Under the pieces are notes generated by a model. That model made no database searches, was not told the DNA's origin, and saw nothing but the letters and a program-made list of their open reading frames with translations. Positions 18,597 to 29,835 of a stretch of 64,000 nt of DNA are shown here, in pieces. The translations under genes and the position numbers were made by a program. This DNA comes from Candidatus Aminicenantes bacterium (GTDB taxonomy: Bacteria > Acidobacteriota > Aminicenantia > Aminicenantales > JAFGAV01). The DNA is taken from contig JAFGAV010000113.1 in NCBI GenBank assembly GCA_016933515.1, forward strand, positions 19,023-83,022, in the 5' to 3' direction. The stretch's first letter is position 1. The number at the start of each line of letters is the position of its first letter.

Positions 18597-20042
18597 ATGG
18601 AAGACCACGGCCAGACGGCCCCCGCCCCGCGCGGGAAAAAAACGCCCTTCGGCGTGGCTCTCCTTCCCCTGATCTTCATGGCCGTCCTTCTCGGCGTGGG
18701 CTACGGCGTCTACAAAATCAAGCCCCAGGTCCTGCTCGTCACGGCGGCTTTTTTCACGGGCGCCATCGGCTTTCTCCTCGGCTTCACCTGGCGGGAGATG
18801 CAGCAGGGCATCGTGGACAGCATCCATAAGGCCATGCCCGCCATCCTCATCATGCTCTGCGTGGGCATCCTCATCGGCACCTGGATTTCGTGCGGCACGA
18901 TCCCTCTGGTCATCTACTACGGCCTGAAAATCATCTCCCCCCAATTTTTCCTCGTGACGGCCTGCGTGGTGTGCACTCTGACCGCCATGGCCACCGGCAC
19001 GTCCTGGGGGACGATCGGCACCCTGGGCGTGGCCTTCATGGGGATCGCCATGGGGCTGGGCATCCCCGCCGGCCCGGCGGCCGGGGCCGTGGTCGCCGGC
19101 GCCTACATGGGCGACAAGATGTCGCCCCTGTCCGACATTCCCAATCTGGCCACGGTCGTCTCGGGCGCGAACCTGTTCGATCACATCAAGCACATGATGA
19201 AATCCGGCCTGCCGGCCTGGCTCATCGGCCTGGGCGTGTACACGGTTGTCGGGTTGGGCTACGGGCAGGAACACGTCCGTTCCGAGACCGTCACCCTCAT
19301 CACCGACACGCTGCGCCGGAATTTCCTCGACCGGGGTCTCGGCTTGAACCTGTTGCTTCTGCTCCCGATGGCCATTGTCTTTTTCTTCGCCGTGGCCAAA
19401 AAGCCCACCATTCCCGGCATGCTCCTCTCCTCGGCCGCGGCCGCGGTCCTGGCGCTGGTCATTCAGAAGGAATCGCTGGTCGACGTGGCCGCCGCCGTCA
19501 ATTCCGGCTACAAGGCTTCGACCGGGGTCGATGTCGTGGACGGGCTCATCTCCCGGGGCGGATTGATGAGCATGATGGAAACACAGCTCGTGGCCTTCAC
19601 CGCCTTCAGCTTCGGCGGGATCATGCAGAGCACGGGAATGCTCCGGGTCATCCTGGACCGCATCGCCTCGTTCTGCCGCCGGGTGTGGAGCCTGGTCCTG
19701 ACCACGGTGGGGACGGCCGTCGTCTCCGCCCTAGTGACGGGCAGCTCCTACCTGTCGATGATCATCCCCGCCGAGCTCCTGGGCCCGATGTACCGGGAGA
19801 AGGGGCTGGCGGCCAAGAATCTCTCCCGGATCGTCGAGGAGAGCGGCGGAATCATCGTGCCCCTCATCCCGTGGAGCATGGCCGGGGTCTACATCACCGG
19901 CACGATCGGCGTTCCGACGCTGTCCTATCTTCCGTGGGCCGTTCAGAATTACACCGCGGTCCTGATCCTCATCTTTTTCGGCGCCACGGGCCTGACGATG
20001 TCCCGCCGCCGGCGCGAGGACGAAACCCAGGCCGGGAGCTGA
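18597..20042 (+). CDS. Na+/H+ antiporter NhaC family protein
   Basis: 481 aa and polytopic, with the NhaC-like repeat organisation. TAGGAGG RBS. Confidence 0.8.
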   Translation: MEDHGQTAPAPRGKKTPFGVALLPLIFMAVLLGVGYGVYKIKPQVLLVTAAFFTGAIGFLLGFTWREMQQGIVDSIHKAMPAILIMLCVGILIGTWISCGTIPLVIYYGLKIISPQFFLVTACVVCTLTAMATGTSWGTIGTLGVAFMGIAMGLGIPAGPAAGAVVAGAYMGDKMSPLSDIPNLATVVSGANLFDHIKHMMKSGLPAWLIGLGVYTVVGLGYGQEHVRSETVTLITDTLRRNFLDRGLGLNLLLLLPMAIVFFFAVAKKPTIPGMLLSSAAAAVLALVIQKESLVDVAAAVNSGYKASTGVDVVDGLISRGGLMSMMETQLVAFTAFSFGGIMQSTGMLRVILDRIASFCRRVWSLVLTTVGTAVVSALVTGSSYLSMIIPAELLGPMYREKGLAAKNLSRIVEESGGIIVPLIPWSMAGVYITGTIGVPTLSYLPWAVQNYTAVLILIFFGATGLTMSRRRREDETQAGS

Positions 20043-20053
20043 CGGCCGCCGAT

Positions 20054-20347
20054 CTAGGCTTTTTCTTCCTGCTCTTCTTCCTCGTTCGTCTTCCCGCTGC
20101 TCAGGGCCTGTTCGAATTTCTCGCGGGCCTTTTCGTGCTTCGATTTCTCGAGCTCGGCCGTGGCTTCGAACTTGCGCTCGAATCCCTCCCGCCGCTGTTT
20201 TTCCTTGCTGAGAAGATCGTCGAGCGAAGACTTCTCCCGGCCGGCCCCTTTTTCCGACCCGACCACGCTTCGGGAGACGGCATCGATCCACAGAGCCGCG
20301 CGGCAATGGGGGCAACGGACCTCGAAGACGTGCTTCTCGTCGTCCAT
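20054..20347 (-). CDS. small zinc-ribbon protein with Lys/Glu-rich C-terminal tail (hypothetical)
   Basis: Has 'CPHCRAALWID', a CxxC knuckle, then a charged low-complexity tail. The start is uncertain: the ORF extends to 20470 but the upstream part is Arg/Ser-rich. Confidence 0.4.
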   Translation of the reverse strand: MDDEKHVFEVRCPHCRAALWIDAVSRSVVGSEKGAGREKSSLDDLLSKEKQRREGFERKFEATAELEKSKHEKAREKFEQALSSGKTNEEEEQEEKA

Positions 20348-20489
20348 AAAGTTCACTTTATCAGAAAAAAGCGGCTTTGGACAGGAGCGACTCCGCCGCT
20401 TTTCCCCGCCTTCTGAATGAAGAACCCGTTGGTTCTTCGAGCGGGAGCGGGAGCGGGATACCGGCGGCAAACTGATGCTCCGTCGCCGT

Positions 20490-21482
20490 TCACGTCAGGT
20501 TGTGCCGGCGGAGGAGCTTGAACAGTCCCTGCCGGCTCAATCCGATGCCCCAGGCCGTTTTCGTCTTGTTGAAGCCGTATCGGCTCAACGCCTGCCGCAA
20601 AAAACGCTTCTCGAATCCCGCGCGGGCGGTGAAATAGTTGAAACCGTCCGGCTCTCCGTTCTTGGACATCCGGAGGATTCTCTCCGAAAGCCACTCCTGG
20701 CCGATGGGATCCCCGGGAGAGGAAAGCGCTAGGCAGCGCTGCACTTCGTTGTGCAGCTCCCGGACGTTTCCCGGCCATTGATAGAGAACGAGCTTGGAGG
20801 CGGCCTCCGGGGAAAGAGAGGCCGGCGGGCGGCCTAAAGCCCGGCATCCCAATTCGAAAAAATATTCAAGGAGAGGGAACAGGTCTTCGGGGCGTTTTCT
20901 CAACGGGGGGATGTCGATCGTCACCACGGCCAGACGATAATAGAGATCTTCGCGGAACCGGCCCTCGGCGATCTCCGCGGCCAGGTCCCTGTGGGTGGCG
21001 CTCAGGAAGCGGACATCCGCCCTTCGCGTCCGGTTCTCCCCCACCCGGCGGAATTCCCTCTCCTGAACGAGCCGCAGCAGCTTGGCCTGGAGCGCCGGGG
21101 AAAGGTCTCCGGCCTCGTCCAGGAAAAATGTCCCGCCCTCGGCTTCCTCGACCAGGCCCGGCCGCTCCCTGAGAGCGCCGGTGAACGCGCCGCGGCCGTG
21201 GCCGAAGAGCTCGCTCTCGAGGAGGGTCTCGGGGATCGCCCCGCAATTGACGGCCACGAACGGCCTATCGGCCCTCCGCCCGAGATCATGAACGGCCCGG
21301 GCGATAAGCTCCTTGCCCGTCCCGCTCTCCCCGAGGATGAGGACCGGCACGTCGCTCGCCGCCACGCGCCGGACGAGAGCGCGGACGCGCCGCATGTCCG
21401 GGCTGCGGCCGACGATCCGCGCTTCGAGGTCGATCCCGCCGCGCCCCGGGATCCGGCCGGCTTCGTCCTTCATTCCTTCCAT
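20490..21482 (-). CDS. sigma-54-dependent transcriptional activator (AAA+ and HTH only; no receiver or sensor domain)
   Basis: Has Walker A 'GESGTGKE', the 'GAFTGA' sigma54 contact motif, the arginine finger region, and a C-terminal Fis-type HTH. The start was taken at MEGMKDE (GGAAGGA RBS). Confidence 0.75.
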   Translation of the reverse strand: MEGMKDEAGRIPGRGGIDLEARIVGRSPDMRRVRALVRRVAASDVPVLILGESGTGKELIARAVHDLGRRADRPFVAVNCGAIPETLLESELFGHGRGAFTGALRERPGLVEEAEGGTFFLDEAGDLSPALQAKLLRLVQEREFRRVGENRTRRADVRFLSATHRDLAAEIAEGRFREDLYYRLAVVTIDIPPLRKRPEDLFPLLEYFFELGCRALGRPPASLSPEAASKLVLYQWPGNVRELHNEVQRCLALSSPGDPIGQEWLSERILRMSKNGEPDGFNYFTARAGFEKRFLRQALSRYGFNKTKTAWGIGLSRQGLFKLLRRHNLT

Positions 21483-21694
21483 CGGGCTTTTCCTTCCCCG
21501 CACTCTCCTTGCTTTCTCCGGCGCCTGGCGGCCGAGTCTCTTTGCTATGGGATAACGCTCCGCCGGCCTCATCTGTCTCAGGTCGAAATCATTCTTCCGG
21601 CCGCCGATTCGAACGAGGCGCTCTGTTTCTTGCCACTGTCACAACTTTTCTGCTAGAGTGAAGGCCTCTCGGAAGCATCCGGAAGGGGGCAACC

Positions 21695-22501
21695 ATGAAC
21701 AAGCGGGCGAAGATCTTTCCCAGCCTTTGTGTCTTCATGCTGCTCTGGGCGTGGGCCGGTCCGGGACCGCTTCGGCCGGCGGCTAAAACCTACTGGCATT
21801 TCACCCTTCTGGCCAACATCAACGGCACCGCCGCCCAGGAATGGCTGTGGGCCACGATGGTCGAATTGTCCAAAGAGACGGCGTTCCCCGATGAGGCGCT
21901 CCTGGCCGAGGGGATGGGCGGCAAGCTCGAAGGCACGATCTTCGGTCAGGTCCGCGCCGCGGCCTGGAGATCGGAATACACTTACTCCTTCGACACCAAG
22001 TGCAAGGGCCGCAAGTCCAAAAAAGAGATTGCCTACAGCCAAAGCCGGAGCGATTCCGTTTTCGTCCACGGTCAGATCGTCAGGCCGCGCGATCCCGCCC
22101 ACGACATGGAATTCCGCTGGGGGGTGTGCAATCACCGGGTCTTGACGGAGGACGGCCGCTGGCGGGAGCTCGAAGACATGGCCCATGTTTTCGTCGGGCC
22201 GATCCGTGTCGAGGGCCGGGAGGCGGAGGAAATGCGCGGCGAGTTCGGAATCGACGGAGTCATTTATGACGACCAAACCCGCCGCGTCAAGCGGTGCGGC
22301 GACTCCTGGATCGAGGACTTCGATTCGGTGTTCAAGCATTTCGAGAGTCATTCCCTGAGGGACAGTTTCGAGCCCGGCGCGCGAGACGTGTTCGGCCAGC
22401 GTTTTTGGAAATTTCACGGACTCGATGTCCAATGCGTCTATTCGGTCATTCGCTCCCCGGAGCGCGCACACCCGTTTTGGAAGCAGCGGCGGATGCGCTG
22501 A
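21695..22501 (+). CDS. secreted hypothetical protein (signal peptide)
   Basis: 268 aa with an N-terminal hydrophobic signal 'IFPSLCVFMLLWAWAG'. No recognisable family. Confidence 0.5.
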   Translation: MNKRAKIFPSLCVFMLLWAWAGPGPLRPAAKTYWHFTLLANINGTAAQEWLWATMVELSKETAFPDEALLAEGMGGKLEGTIFGQVRAAAWRSEYTYSFDTKCKGRKSKKEIAYSQSRSDSVFVHGQIVRPRDPAHDMEFRWGVCNHRVLTEDGRWRELEDMAHVFVGPIRVEGREAEEMRGEFGIDGVIYDDQTRRVKRCGDSWIEDFDSVFKHFESHSLRDSFEPGARDVFGQRFWKFHGLDVQCVYSVIRSPERAHPFWKQRRMR

Positions 22502-22558
22502 CCGCGCCGCATTCCTTCCCAAGGCGACGCAATCCCTTCAAAGACGACGAGAGCATCC

Positions 22559-24658
<2,100 letters not shown>

Positions 24659-24800
24659 GTCTTTTGATGTTGCCGAGGAAGACCGGCCGGGAAGGAGAGG
24701 ACAAATCAGCGGTTATGGGGAAACAATCCGGATCTTCATGTCAAGGGCCCGCGCCGGCCGCGGAAACGAGGCGAAGCGGCCTGATGGCCCCTATTCAGAT

Positions 24801-25079
24801 GGCTCTATGACAAATTGTGTGGTGAATTTTTAAACTGAGAGCCAAGGGTCTGGGGGAGGGTTGAGGCGCCATAAGCGGTTTAGCCCGGAATCGACGGGTT
24901 TCGAAGGGTTCTGGCCTATTCTTGCCGGCCGGCTGAGCACATCTCGCGTCAGCGAGCGTATCGCGAAGCCGACTGAGAAACCCGGAGATTCCGCGGCGTG
25001 AAAAACCGCGGCCGGGCGCCGAAGCCCTCCCCCAGGCCCAAGGCTAACCCTAAAGGACCACACAATACATCATGGAGCC
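24801..25079 (+). repeat. Copy 2 of the ~80-bp repeat family, disrupted by a nested insertion
   Basis: Left arm ggctctATGACaaatTGTGTGGTGAATTtt...ctgagagccaagg. Right arm caaggctaaccctAAAGGACCACACAAtacATCATggagcc. The arms are separated by ~194 bp of unrelated sequence. Confidence 0.75.
24846..25039. mobile_element. Nested MITE-like insertion with 25-bp terminal inverted repeats
   Basis: TIRs GGGTCTGGGGGAGGGTTGAGGCGCC / GGCGCCGAAGCCCTCCCCCAGGCCC (22 of 25 complementary). Short direct repeats (CAAGG) flank both ends. There is no ORF inside. It interrupts the core of repeat copy 2. Confidence 0.55.
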
Positions 25080-25088
25080 GATTCGGAT

Positions 25089-25117
25089 TTGACATCAACG
25101 GGGAAGTCCATTACATT
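25089..25117 (+). promoter_or_regulatory. sigma70-like promoter for the cytochrome / Cyc2-like operon
   Basis: TTGACA, a 17-nt spacer, then TACATT, about 60 nt upstream of the GGAGGA RBS and ATG at 25177. Confidence 0.5.
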
Positions 25118-25176
25118 AGGCGGTAATTCCCCATGAACACTCTCGCATCCGGGAGCCGCCTCGAAACGGAGGAGTC

Positions 25177-26541
25177 ATGAAAAAGGCCTGGCCCTTGATC
25201 GCCCTCGCAGCCGTTCCCTTTGTCCTGCTCCTGGCGGCCCAATCCGAACAGGCCGTCAAAGCCGGCGACGAAGCGTTGGGCACCCGGAGATACGAGGATT
25301 ACGACACGCCCCGGTTCTGCGGCACCGCCTGTCACACGGACATCTTCCAGCAGTGGACCCAATCCATGATGTCTCAGGCCTACACTCATCACTGGGACGA
25401 AATCGAATATTTCCGGCTGGCCGTGCCGCATGCCGAAAAGGATCCGGCCATGGCCCAAGCCCAGGAGGGGTGCAACGGCTGTCACGCTCCGATCGCTTTT
25501 CTGGCGGGCGACGTCCCGCCCCCTCGTCCGGAGAAGAACAGCCGGGCCAATGAGTCGGTCTCGTGCGATCTGTGTCACACCGTGACCGGCTTTTCGGGCG
25601 ACGTTCCCTTCAACTTCAATTGGATCTCGGTCCCCGGGAAAACCAAATACGGACCTCGGGGCGGGGGCGATTCCCCGGAGCACAATCTCCAGCAGTCCGC
25701 ATTTCTGGCGTCGAGCGAGTTCTGCGGAACATGCCACAACGAAAAAAGCCCCTTCGGGGCCTGGGTCAAGGCCACCCAACTGGAATTCCAGGAGGGACCT
25801 TACGCGCGGGAAGGCTTCCGATGTCACGATTGTCACATGACCTATGCCCCGGGCCGGTCGGCCGCCATGGGCAACACCTACCCCGACGTCCGCCAGCATT
25901 TGTTCCACGGAGCCCACGACCCGGGTAAAGTCAGAGGCACGGTCGAACTCCGCATCCATCCCGACATCCGCGAGGCGGAGCCGGGAGAAACCGTCAAATT
26001 CACCATCGTTCTCTTCAATCAGAAAACCGGGCACAAATTTCCCACCGGGTCCGTCGAAGACCGCATTGTCTGGATGCACGTCGAGGCCCAGGACTCAAAA
26101 GGACAGGTCCACCATTTGCCCGTCGACAAAAAGGGTTTTCCCGGCGAGGACACGACGATCGCCGGCGAGGCCCTGGCCTACCAGGACATGGGAATCCCTC
26201 TCGGCAAGCCGGATTTCCCCGGAGTCGCCCGGGACGGCGTTCCCGCCGGCGACCGCATTTTCCGCATGGCCTATTTCGACCCGCAGGGGCGCATGACGAT
26301 CCAGCAATGGAACACCAAATCCTTCGGCGTGGATTACCGCTTCGGCCCCCGGGAATCCAAGATTGAAACCTGCACCTTTTCTCTGCCCGCCTCGCTCCCC
26401 CCCGGCCCCCTGACCGTCACCGCCGCCCTGTATTATCAAAAACTGATCAAATCCATCGCCGATTTATTGAACGTCCCGGCCGAAGAGGCCGAGCCTCTCA
26501 AAGTCAACGAACATTCCACAACCGTCATGATCCTCGACTAA
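25177..26541 (+). CDS. secreted pentaheme c-type cytochrome
   Basis: Has a signal peptide and five CxxCH motifs (CGTACH, CNGCH, CDLCH, CGTCH, CHDCH) in the N-terminal half. The ~230-aa C-terminal domain is heme-free. Confidence 0.8.
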   Translation: MKKAWPLIALAAVPFVLLLAAQSEQAVKAGDEALGTRRYEDYDTPRFCGTACHTDIFQQWTQSMMSQAYTHHWDEIEYFRLAVPHAEKDPAMAQAQEGCNGCHAPIAFLAGDVPPPRPEKNSRANESVSCDLCHTVTGFSGDVPFNFNWISVPGKTKYGPRGGGDSPEHNLQQSAFLASSEFCGTCHNEKSPFGAWVKATQLEFQEGPYAREGFRCHDCHMTYAPGRSAAMGNTYPDVRQHLFHGAHDPGKVRGTVELRIHPDIREAEPGETVKFTIVLFNQKTGHKFPTGSVEDRIVWMHVEAQDSKGQVHHLPVDKKGFPGEDTTIAGEALAYQDMGIPLGKPDFPGVARDGVPAGDRIFRMAYFDPQGRMTIQQWNTKSFGVDYRFGPRESKIETCTFSLPASLPPGPLTVTAALYYQKLIKSIADLLNVPAEEAEPLKVNEHSTTVMILD

Positions 26542-26551
26542 AGGAATGCCG

Positions 26552-27724
26552 ATGAAAAAAACGCTCCTGACGGTCTTCCTGGGGTTCCTTGTCCTTACGG
26601 CCACGGCGGCTTCCGTGTCCGGCATGCCGGCTTTCGGCCGCCGGTACAGCCTGTCCTGCAAGACCTGCCATGCGCCGTTCCCCCGCCTTCTGGCCTACGG
26701 GGAGGAGTTCGCCGGGGACGGCTTCGTCATCAAGGACAAGGACTCCCCGCGGTACTTCCAGGACACGGGCGACGACCTCCTGTCCCTGATCCGCAACATC
26801 CCCGTCGCCCTCCGCTTCGACGGATTCACGGCCTTCAACAACGCCGCTACGGGGCGGTTCGATTTCAACACTCCTTATGTCCTCAAGCTCCTGTCCGGCG
26901 GCGAGCTCTTCAAAAACGTGTCGTATTATTTCTATTTCTTTTTCAGCGAGCGAGGCGAAGTGGCGGGCATCGAAGACGCCTTCATCATGTTCAACAACCT
27001 TCTGGGAACAGGCCTGGCCCTCACCATGGGACAGTTCCAGATTTCCGACCCGATGTTCAAAAGGGAGCTCCGCCTGACCCTGGAAGACTACCAGGTCTAT
27101 CGCGCCCGGCCCGGGCTGTCGGGCATCAACCTGACCTACGACCGGGGCCTGATGCTCACCTTCGGCCTCCCGACCGGGACGGACGTCACGGCGGAGATCC
27201 TGAACGGCGCAGGAATCGGTCCGGCCGACGACGACAGGAATTTCGACAACGACGCCTTCAAGAATTTCGCCTTTCACCTCTCGCAGGGTGTGGGAGACAA
27301 GATCGGCCTGGGCGCGTTCGGTTTCCTGGGCAAGGAACGGCTCGGGGATTTCCGGAACAGCGTGTGGATGTTCGGCCTCGACGCCACCGTCGCCAGCCCT
27401 CCTTTCGAGTTCAACTTCCAGTATCTTGAGCGCCGCGACAACGATCCGTTTTTCGTCGGGGCCGTCGACGACAGCCTGTCCACCCGCGGCGCTTTGGCCG
27501 AGATCATCTATCTGCCCCGCGGCGACGACTCGCGCTGGTACGGGGTGGGCCTGGTCAACTGGATCGTCTCCGACGCTCCCGGCCTGGACGTCTTTTCCTT
27601 CACCTTCGGAGGGGGCCATCTCCTGCGGCGCAACATGCGGCTCGTCGCCGAGGTCACGTATTACGACCAAAGCCCCTGGGGGCGCTATTTCCGGGTGGCC
27701 TCCGGCTTGGTGACCGCTTTTTAG
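26552..27724 (+). CDS. Cyc2-like fused monoheme cytochrome c / outer-membrane beta-barrel porin
   Basis: Has a signal peptide, then 'PAFGRRYSLSCKTCHAPFPRL' (a single CxxCH directly after the signal). After that come ~350 aa of amphipathic beta-strands ending in a C-terminal aromatic (..GLVTAF). Cyc2 iron oxidases share this architecture. An AAGGAA RBS sits 5 nt upstream. Confidence 0.65.
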   Translation: MKKTLLTVFLGFLVLTATAASVSGMPAFGRRYSLSCKTCHAPFPRLLAYGEEFAGDGFVIKDKDSPRYFQDTGDDLLSLIRNIPVALRFDGFTAFNNAATGRFDFNTPYVLKLLSGGELFKNVSYYFYFFFSERGEVAGIEDAFIMFNNLLGTGLALTMGQFQISDPMFKRELRLTLEDYQVYRARPGLSGINLTYDRGLMLTFGLPTGTDVTAEILNGAGIGPADDDRNFDNDAFKNFAFHLSQGVGDKIGLGAFGFLGKERLGDFRNSVWMFGLDATVASPPFEFNFQYLERRDNDPFFVGAVDDSLSTRGALAEIIYLPRGDDSRWYGVGLVNWIVSDAPGLDVFSFTFGGGHLLRRNMRLVAEVTYYDQSPWGRYFRVASGLVTAF

Positions 27725-29835
27725 CCGGCCGAGGTTTTGAGCGTCCGAATGCGGCGGGAGACGTTCCGATACTGGGGGTTCCAGCTCTTGACTTCGGAGA
27801 ACATGCCGAGGGCTTTGTCTTTCTGCTCCATCTCTTCGAACAGGGCGCCCAGTTCATATTTGAGCACATAGGATTTCCGGGAGCCTTCCTTGACTTGGCC
27901 TAAGGCCTTGTTGATCCATTCCAGGGCCTGGACATAGTCCTTCCGGGCCCGGTAGCAGAGGCTGATGAGGTTGTAGCAGTCGGCTCGGCGCTTTTCGTCC
28001 TCGGCGGCCAGCTTGAATTCCTCGGCCGCCTCCTCGTAGAGATCCTGCTCGTAGAAGGCCATGCCCAGGCTGTAGCGCACCTCCAGGTTGGACGGTTTGA
28101 ACTTTTGCTCCACGTCCTTCCGGAAATCGCTGATGATGTCCGACAACTCGTTCTCCACGAGGGCCGTCGCCTTCTTCTGCTGTTGGTAGGTCGCGGCCTC
28201 GATGAGAGCCAGTTCCTCGACGATGATGTCGGCCAGATCCGGGAAGAGGCCCTCGTCAAAAGCCATGGGCCGGGACAGGCTTTCGAGGCCGTCGAACACA
28301 TCCACGGAACTGACCTGTTCCTTGACGCTCAGATCGGGCATGGGCCGGGCTTCGGATTTTCGGGACCGCCCCGCTTTCTGCTCCAGGACGGCGGCCTTCT
28401 CCACCAGGCGCGGAATGGCCTCCCTGGACGCCGGTCCGGCGACGCTTTTCAGAGATTCGAGCCGATTCCGGACCCCCCGGTCTTCCGGATAGAGAAGCAG
28501 AAGGTTTTCCAGAATCCGTTTGGCGTTCAGGGCCAAGCCCTGCTGAAGATAGAGCTCGGCTTTGGACAAATTGATCCGGATCGTCTCCTTGTCCTTGGCC
28601 GTCAACCGCGCTCCGCCGTCCTGTTTGGCGCCCGCGGCCGACGGCAGATGTTGTTCTGCTCCGGATTGGGCGAATTCCCGAGCCAGGACCTGGTCGTCGG
28701 GACAAAGGTCAATGAGCTCCCTGAGCACGACGAGCGCTTTCTGGCGCATGCCCTTGAGGCGGTATTCCTGCAGGAGAATCCGCAGGGCCGCCTCGAGGTT
28801 CGCCTTTTGATTTCGGGATTTGAAAATGACCGAGAGCTTCTCCAGAGCGGGAAGGTAGGCCTCCTTCCCCATGACGAGCTGGCCCAAAAGTCCGATGGCC
28901 TTGTCTTCGCGATTTTTACTGAGCAGCGTGTTGACCAGGGGTTCGTAGAGGTCGTACCCCCTGTCGAGCTTGTTGAGCTGGATGAAGGCGTATCCCAACC
29001 GGACCCGGGTGTTGATGTCGTTGGGATTGTGATCGTACATGCGGGAGAAGATCTCCTCGGCTTTTCGAAATAGCTTTTCGTCGAGGTACAGCCCACCGAT
29101 CTGGGAGAGAAGATCCTGATTGTCGGGGTGATGGCGCAGGCTGTCTTCGGCCAGCACGATGGCTTCCGCACGGCGCCCGCGCCGCTTCATCAGCTCAACG
29201 TAATTGAGCGCCGTCCGAAGATGCCCTTTCTTCAGCTGGTTGGCCTGGCCGAGGATTTCCTCGGCCTCCTTCAGGTCCTGGCGGTCCAGCTTGATTTCGG
29301 CCGCCTCGTTGAGCATGTCCGCGGCCTCATCGATCGAGCCTTCCTTGATGTACAATTCCGCGAGGCGCCTTTTGACCCTGGCGTCCGCGCGGTCGAGCTT
29401 GGCCATTTTCTCCAGGACGAATATCAGTCCTTTGACGTGGCGCTCTTTCTCCAGCCGGTCGACGATCTTCTGAAAACCGTTTTTGGCCTCGGAAACGAAC
29501 CCCAGGAGGGCGTACAACTCGGCCAGCTTGATGGCCGTGGGAACGTCGTCGGGTTTGACCTTGCTGATTTTTCTGTAGCTGGCCAGGGATTGGGAGTACT
29601 GCCCTTTGGCTTCGTAGTGGCTGGCGATTTTCAGAAATTGCTCGATGCCCTTGCTCGGTTTGCCGAGCCGGACGTAAAGATCGCCGATGATGTTGGCCAG
29701 GTTGACGTCAAGGACGCCGTCTTCCTCGAGCCTTTCGTACTCCTTGACGGCCTCGCGCAATTTCCCCGCCCGGAAGAACTTCTCGGCGCCTTCCAGAATC
29801 GTCTGTCTCTCTTTTTTGGAAATCATTTTTTCCAC
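27721..29835 (-). CDS. TPR repeat protein
   Basis: 704 aa with many 34-aa TPR-like repeats (A..Y..AL.....A). The start is either the GTG at 29835 or the ATG at 29826. Confidence 0.75.
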   Translation of the reverse strand: MEKMISKKERQTILEGAEKFFRAGKLREAVKEYERLEEDGVLDVNLANIIGDLYVRLGKPSKGIEQFLKIASHYEAKGQYSQSLASYRKISKVKPDDVPTAIKLAELYALLGFVSEAKNGFQKIVDRLEKERHVKGLIFVLEKMAKLDRADARVKRRLAELYIKEGSIDEAADMLNEAAEIKLDRQDLKEAEEILGQANQLKKGHLRTALNYVELMKRRGRRAEAIVLAEDSLRHHPDNQDLLSQIGGLYLDEKLFRKAEEIFSRMYDHNPNDINTRVRLGYAFIQLNKLDRGYDLYEPLVNTLLSKNREDKAIGLLGQLVMGKEAYLPALEKLSVIFKSRNQKANLEAALRILLQEYRLKGMRQKALVVLRELIDLCPDDQVLAREFAQSGAEQHLPSAAGAKQDGGARLTAKDKETIRINLSKAELYLQQGLALNAKRILENLLLLYPEDRGVRNRLESLKSVAGPASREAIPRLVEKAAVLEQKAGRSRKSEARPMPDLSVKEQVSSVDVFDGLESLSRPMAFDEGLFPDLADIIVEELALIEAATYQQQKKATALVENELSDIISDFRKDVEQKFKPSNLEVRYSLGMAFYEQDLYEEAAEEFKLAAEDEKRRADCYNLISLCYRARKDYVQALEWINKALGQVKEGSRKSYVLKYELGALFEEMEQKDKALGMFSEVKSWNPQYRNVSRRIRTLKTSAG

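Noticed and set aside
21573-21694. Looked for a sigma-54 -24/-12 promoter (TGGCAC-N5-TTGCW) in the spacer between the sigma54 activator and the divergent secreted-protein gene
   Set aside because: No match was found. Only a sigma70-like TTGCCA-18-TAGAGT is present, so direct regulation of the neighbour by the activator is unsupported.
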